The notes below the pieces were generated by a model that saw only the letters and a program-made list of their open reading frames with translations, did not search any database and was not told the origin of the DNA. From an uncultured Actinomycetes bacterium (GTDB lineage: Bacteria > Actinomycetota > Thermoleophilia > Gaiellales > Gaiellaceae), in assembly GCA_963731015.1 (NCBI GenBank), contig CAVSTY010000003.1, positions 403,745-467,744 on the forward strand: a stretch of 64,000 nt of DNA, given 5' to 3'. Every line of letters starts with the position of its first letter. The stretch's first letter is position 1. Shown piece by piece: positions 59,905-64,000 of this stretch. A program made the position numbers and the translations under genes.

Positions 59905-61146
59905 TCAGTCGAGTCTCCCGGGACGCCCGAGCTGGCCGAGCTCGGCAATGTCCCGGCGGAAGAAGAGCGCGACGGTCCAGTCGACGACGACCCGGACCTT
60001 CCGCGACACGAGCGGCAGCTGGTACAGGTGGTACGTGCGCGTGACGAACCAGCCGAGGAAGCCGTGGAGACGCAGGCCGAGGACCTCGGCGATGCCTTTG
60101 TGCCGGCCGAGTGTGGCGACCTGGCCCATCATGCGGTAGCCGTACGGTTCGGGCGCGCCCACCAGGTTCTTCGCGAGGCGCCGCGCCTGGCGGAGCGCGT
60201 GCTGGCACGTCGGCGGATCGGGCCGTTCGCTCCGCGTGTTCGGCACGAGTGCGCAGTCGCCCAGCGCCCAGACGTGCTCGTGACCGCGAACCCGCAGGAA
60301 CTCGTCAACCTCGACGCGGCCTCTCTCATCGAGCGGCAGCGACCACTCGCGCAGGAGCGGGTTCGGCGCGACGCCGGCCGTCCAGACGAGGGTGTTCGTC
60401 ACTATCCGCGTGCCGTTCCCGAGCACGGCCGCGTCGGCGGAGACCGACTCGAGGGTCGTGCCCACCTGGATCTCGATGCCGCGCTTGCGGAGCTCGGCCG
60501 CGGCGTAGTCGCCGAGCGGGGGCGGGATCTCGGACAGGATTCTCGACGCCGCGTCGACGAGCACCCAGCGGCGCGGCGTCGAGTGCAGCTGCGGGTAGTA
60601 GCGGAGCGCGTCCTCGGTGAGGTCGGACAGCTCGGCGAGCGCCTCGACCCCCGCGTAACCCGCGCCGACGAAGACGAAGGTCAGCCGCCGCACGCGTTCC
60701 TCCGCGTCGCGCGCTCCAGCCGCCAGCTCGAGCTGCTGGAGGACGTGGTTGCGCAGGTAGATGGCATCCGCGAGCGACTTGAAGGCGAGTCCATGTTCAG
60801 CCAGGCCCGGGACGGGGAGCGTCCGCGGCACCGCGCCGAGCGCGACGACGAGATCTCGCCAGCGGATCGTCCGTCCCGCGCCGGTCGCCGTGCGCGCCTC
60901 GAGATCGAGGCTGTCGATCCTCCCGAGTAGCAGCTCGGCCCGGGGGCACATCACGCGCAGCGGGACGACCGTGTGGCGCGGTTCCAGAGTCCCCGCGGCG
61001 GCCTCGGGCAGCAACGGGGTGTAGAGCATGAAATTTTCCGGGCTGACGATCGTGGCTCGGCGGTCGCGCAGGAGCCGCGCGACGTAGGCGCCCGCGAACC
61101 CGCCGCCGAGGACGAGCACGTCACGGTCTTCTAGGCTCTGTTCCAT
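59905..61146 (-). CDS. ndh: Type II NADH dehydrogenase (NDH-2)
   Basis: VLVLGGGFAGAY and FVFVGAGYAGVE dinucleotide folds. The ATG at 61146 is preceded by GGAG. Confidence 0.9.
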   Translation of the reverse strand: MEQSLEDRDVLVLGGGFAGAYVARLLRDRRATIVSPENFMLYTPLLPEAAAGTLEPRHTVVPLRVMCPRAELLLGRIDSLDLEARTATGAGRTIRWRDLVVALGAVPRTLPVPGLAEHGLAFKSLADAIYLRNHVLQQLELAAGARDAEERVRRLTFVFVGAGYAGVEALAELSDLTEDALRYYPQLHSTPRRWVLVDAASRILSEIPPPLGDYAAAELRKRGIEIQVGTTLESVSADAAVLGNGTRIVTNTLVWTAGVAPNPLLREWSLPLDERGRVEVDEFLRVRGHEHVWALGDCALVPNTRSERPDPPTCQHALRQARRLAKNLVGAPEPYGYRMMGQVATLGRHKGIAEVLGLRLHGFLGWFVTRTYHLYQLPLVSRKVRVVVDWTVALFFRRDIAELGQLGRPGRLD

Positions 61147-61600
61147 GGTGCAAGTCTCCGTGATCGGTAGTGGTGCGGAGCACGAGGAACGCGCCGAGGA
61201 GGTCGGACGGCTGCTCGCGGAGAGCGGCGCCACGGTCGTGACAGGCGGGCTCGGCGAGGTGATGGCGGCCGCCTCGCGCGGGGCCAAGCACGCCGGCGGG
61301 GCGACGATAGGGATCCTTCCTGGGGAGACGCGCTACGGACTCAACGAGTGGGTCGATCACGTCGTGGTCACCGGGATCGGCCATGCGCGGAATCTCGCCG
61401 TCGTTGCGTCGGGCGACGCGGTGATCGCCATCGGCGGGCGCTACGGCACCCTCGCGGAGATCGGCCTCGCGCTGACGCTCGCACGGCCGGTCGTCGTGCT
61501 CGAGCCGGGCTGGCAGGTGGAGGGCACGCAGCGGGCACAGACGCCGGCCGAGGCGGTCGAGTTTGCGCTTGCAGCGGTACGGCAAACTCGGGTGTCATGA
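61145..61600 (+). CDS. TIGR00725/LOG-like Rossmann-fold protein
   Basis: VSVIGSG...VVTGGLGEVM...IAIGGRYGTLAEI. Confidence 0.75.
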   Translation: MVQVSVIGSGAEHEERAEEVGRLLAESGATVVTGGLGEVMAAASRGAKHAGGATIGILPGETRYGLNEWVDHVVVTGIGHARNLAVVASGDAVIAIGGRYGTLAEIGLALTLARPVVVLEPGWQVEGTQRAQTPAEAVEFALAAVRQTRVS

Positions 61601-61779
61601 CGCACGTGCTGCTGCTCAACCTCGTCTTCTTCTTCCCGGCGACCTGTGGCGCCTCGGCGTTCGCGTTCTGCATCTACCGGTTTCTGAGGAGCGCGCCGCC
61701 GCCGGCGTCCCCGCCCGAAGGCGGGAGCAAATCGCCCTTGCCGGCCGCGGGGCCGAACGACCTCGCTCGCTCCGCCTAG
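61597..61779 (+). CDS. Hypothetical small membrane protein
   Basis: MTHVLLLNLVFFFPATCGASAFAFCIY... The ATG overlaps the upstream TGA (ATGA). Confidence 0.4.
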   Translation: MTHVLLLNLVFFFPATCGASAFAFCIYRFLRSAPPPASPPEGGSKSPLPAAGPNDLARSA

Positions 61780-62327
61780 GCCGTCTTCGCCGCGTGGCGG
61801 TGGCGGAAGTTGCGCGCCTTTTCGCGGTTGCCGCAGACCTCCATCGAGCACCACGCGCGCGAGCGGTTGCGCGACTTGTCGTAGAAGGCGACGCGGCAGT
61901 GCTCGTCGCGGCAGGTCTTGAGGCGCTTCCAGTCGTCGGTCGGCGCGAGCTCGGCGACGGTCGCGACGATGTGGCCGACCGCGCCGCGGGCTCCGTCGTC
62001 CTCGGGAGCGAGGACAGGGCGTCCGTCCTCAAAACGGACGCCGAGGCGCGCCCTGCGTCCGGCCTCCTCCAGCGTCTGCGAGGCGGCGCCGGCGTCCACC
62101 TCGACCCCGTTGTTCGCGAGCAGGAGCTCCCGGATCGCCTCCCGCACGGCGACGGCGTCCTCGACCTCCTGCTCGGTCGGCTCCACCAGATCGTCCACAA
62201 GGCCCTGCTCGGAGAACCACATGGCGAGCTCGTCCGGCGTGGCGATCCGGTCGATGCCGGTCTCGAAATCGAGGGTGTTCACGTAGTCGCGGACGAGGTC
62301 CAGCTGCGTATGTAAATCCGTAACCAT
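61776..62327 (-). CDS. CGNR zinc-finger (ABATE domain) protein
   Basis: C-terminal WCSMEVCGNREKARNFR. Confidence 0.85.
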   Translation of the reverse strand: MVTDLHTQLDLVRDYVNTLDFETGIDRIATPDELAMWFSEQGLVDDLVEPTEQEVEDAVAVREAIRELLLANNGVEVDAGAASQTLEEAGRRARLGVRFEDGRPVLAPEDDGARGAVGHIVATVAELAPTDDWKRLKTCRDEHCRVAFYDKSRNRSRAWCSMEVCGNREKARNFRHRHAAKTA

Positions 62328-62343
62328 TGTCCTTGCGTCGGAG

Positions 62344-62353
62344 GTTACGTAAC
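62344..62353. promoter_or_regulatory. Perfect palindrome GTTACGTAAC in a divergent promoter region
   Basis: Read directly. It lies between the CGNR gene start (62327) and the plus-strand ORF (62405). Confidence 0.3.
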
Positions 62354-62404
62354 TGGTATTCTCCGAACAGTGGTTAGGGTAGCACGCCGAGTAAAGGAGG
62401 AGTG

Positions 62405-62755
62405 ATGATGCATCCCGAGCTTATGCGCCAGGTCGCCATGTCCCGCATGGCTGACTTCAATCGCAGTGCCGTTCGGTACCGCCAGGCGCACCAGGATCGC
62501 GCCCGCTCGCCGCAGCCCGTGCGGACGGCGATCCAGCTGCGGCTGAGCGCCTGCCGTGAGGAGCTCGAGCGCCTCGCGATCCTGAGCGAGCGGCCGCTGC
62601 ACGAGGGCGAGTGGATCGTGGCGGACGTCGACGGAGTGGCAGTCGCGGCGGTCTCGGTCGATGACGGGTCGACGGTCTACGACCCGTTCCGGCAGACCTC
62701 GCAGGCCGTGTCGCTGCTGAAGCTTCGCCGCAAGCAGGTGCTCGCGACCGCCTAG
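62405..62755 (+). CDS. Hypothetical protein
   Basis: ORF preceded by AAGGAGGA (62394..62401). No family recognised. Confidence 0.5.
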   Translation: MMHPELMRQVAMSRMADFNRSAVRYRQAHQDRARSPQPVRTAIQLRLSACREELERLAILSERPLHEGEWIVADVDGVAVAAVSVDDGSTVYDPFRQTSQAVSLLKLRRKQVLATA

Positions 62756-63825
62756 GCGGTGACGCGACTCTGGAGGAACGTGCGCTCGGTCTCGCTCGGT
62801 GCGAGCTCGAGCGCACGGGAGTAGGCCGCCGCAGCCTCTGCGTCCCGGCCGAGGCGGCGCAGCAGATCGGCGCGGGTCGAGTGCCAGAGGTGGTAGCGCT
62901 CGAGCCCGGTCAGCCCGTCGACGAGCTCGAGCCCGGGCTCCGGCCCTTCGGCCATGGCGACGGCGACCGCGCGATTCAGCTCCACGACCGGCGACGGGCT
63001 CAGCTCTGCGAGCCGGCCGTAGAGGAGCGCGACCTGTGCCCAGTCGACCGGCTCCTCGTAGTGGAGCGACGCGATCGCGGCCTGCAGCTGGTACGGCCCG
63101 GGATGGCGCAGGGACAGTGCTCGCTCGAGTGCACGCCGGCCCTGCTCGATCTCGTCTGCGTCCCAGAGGCTACGGTCCTGCTCGTCGAGCAGGACGAGCT
63201 CTCCCGCGGGTGAGACGCGCGCGTCGCGGCGTGCGTCCTGCAGGAGAAGCAACGCGTGCAGGCCGTGTGCTTCGGCCTCGTCCGGCATCAGCGTCGCCAG
63301 CACCGCGGCGAGCCGGATCGCCTCCGCGCACAGCTCGCGGCGCACGGGCGGCCCGTAGCCGGCGTTGAAGACGAGGTAGATCGTTGCGAGCACGACCCGC
63401 AGGCGCTCCGGCAGCAAGTGCTCCGCCGGCACGCGCAGCGGGATGCCGGCGTCGCGGATCTTCCGCTTCGCCCGGACGAGCCGTTGCGCGAGCGTCGGCT
63501 CGGGGACGAGGAACGCGCGCGCGATCTCGGACGTCTCGAGGCCGCCGACCAGGCTCAGCGTCAGCGCGACCTGGGCCTCCGGCGCGAGCGCCGGGTGGCA
63601 GCAGGCGAAGATCAGCTCGAGTCGTTCGTCGGGGATCACGGCTTCCTCGTCGTCGGGGAGCTCCTCGGCCCGCAAGAGCAGCTCCGTCTTGCGCGCGAGC
63701 GTCTGCTCCCGGCGGATCCGGTCGATCGCCGCGTTCCGGGCCGTCGTGACGATCCAGGCGCCGGGATTGCGCGGCGCTCCGTCGCGTGGCCAGCGCTCGG
63801 CCGCCCGGACGAAGGCGTCCTGCAC
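62752..63825 (-). CDS. Sigma-70/ECF-like sigma factor with long C-terminal helical-repeat extension; N-terminus unresolved
   Basis: NPGAWIVTTARNAAIDRIRRE (region 2) and TSEIARAFLVPEPTLAQRLVRAKRKI (region 4), plus a ~200-aa tail. Similarity (ELTRAYRDERARSIAILGRVLGDLDLAEDA) continues upstream to about 63924 without a canonical start. Confidence 0.8.
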   Translation of the reverse strand: MQDAFVRAAERWPRDGAPRNPGAWIVTTARNAAIDRIRREQTLARKTELLLRAEELPDDEEAVIPDERLELIFACCHPALAPEAQVALTLSLVGGLETSEIARAFLVPEPTLAQRLVRAKRKIRDAGIPLRVPAEHLLPERLRVVLATIYLVFNAGYGPPVRRELCAEAIRLAAVLATLMPDEAEAHGLHALLLLQDARRDARVSPAGELVLLDEQDRSLWDADEIEQGRRALERALSLRHPGPYQLQAAIASLHYEEPVDWAQVALLYGRLAELSPSPVVELNRAVAVAMAEGPEPGLELVDGLTGLERYHLWHSTRADLLRRLGRDAEAAAAYSRALELAPSETERTFLQSRVTA

Positions 63826-63917
63826 CGCGTCCTCGGCGAGGTCGAGGTCACCGAGGACGCGGCCGAGGATCGCGATCGAGCGGGCACGCTCGTCGCGGTA
63901 GGCGCGAGTGAGCTCGT

Positions 63918-64000
63918 CTACGACGCGACCTCCGCCTCGCGCATCACGATCGGGCGCACCTCGATGTGGCCGTAGCGGGCGGACGGGATCTTCGCGGCCC
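63918..64000 (-). CDS. YciI-like protein, 3' fragment (runs off the window)
   Basis: The frame ends ...YGHIEVRPIVMREAEVAS with TAG at 63918..63920. This is the usual partner gene upstream of this sigma type. Confidence 0.5.
   Translation of the reverse strand, partial: AAKIPSARYGHIEVRPIVMREAEVAS

Overview
This is a ~70% GC, densely coding chromosomal window of roughly 85 genes. It spans the replication-origin neighbourhood in the order gyrA-gyrB-DUF721(DciA-like)-recF-dnaN-dnaA | rpmH-rnpA-yidD-yidC-jag-rsmG-parA-parB-tRNA-Ile. That arrangement is typical of Actinomycetota; a deep-branching Thermoleophilia/Rubrobacteria-like lineage is my guess only.

Left of the origin lie an ArsR/SmtB regulator, ychF, an ECF sigma factor, ftsH and ligD. 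They are followed by a ~10-kb minus-strand chain of overlapping genes: ECF sigma-fabZ-fabH-fabD-fabG-fabF-HAD-GNAT-GNAT-ureohydrolase-accD-accA, with birA divergent from it.

Right of the origin lie a class A PBP, moeA, an rsbW-like-otsA-moaC-mog-ubiA-like chain, ccmABC(D)-hemX-like-hemA-hemC-hemD, cspA, tRNA-Phe, arginase, rarA, ndh and another sigma factor. I see no rRNA, CRISPR array, transposase, integrase or recognisable defence island. This is core genome, not an accessory region.

The best novelty candidate is a 17-codon ORF too short for the ORF track, MKRTDCCDCCGCGTGCC (445..498). It has a Shine-Dalgarno (SD) sequence and a downstream hairpin, and it is divergent from the ArsR/SmtB regulator across an AT-rich palindrome. 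It could be a metal-regulated mini-metallothionein-like peptide.

Other notable points:
- DnaA-box clusters on both sides of dnaA.
- A terminator-like hairpin abutting the gyrB start codon.
- Three conserved genes whose only plausible start is a CTG inside a CTGA stop/start overlap.
- Several head-to-head gene pairs with overlapping or nearly touching start codons.
- A Zn-ribbon-fused, Cys-rich arginase-fold protein inside the fab/acc chain.
- At least three, possibly five, conserved genes interrupted by single-base indels at short G/C runs. These are either assembly errors or real decay, and they limit confidence in exact gene boundaries.
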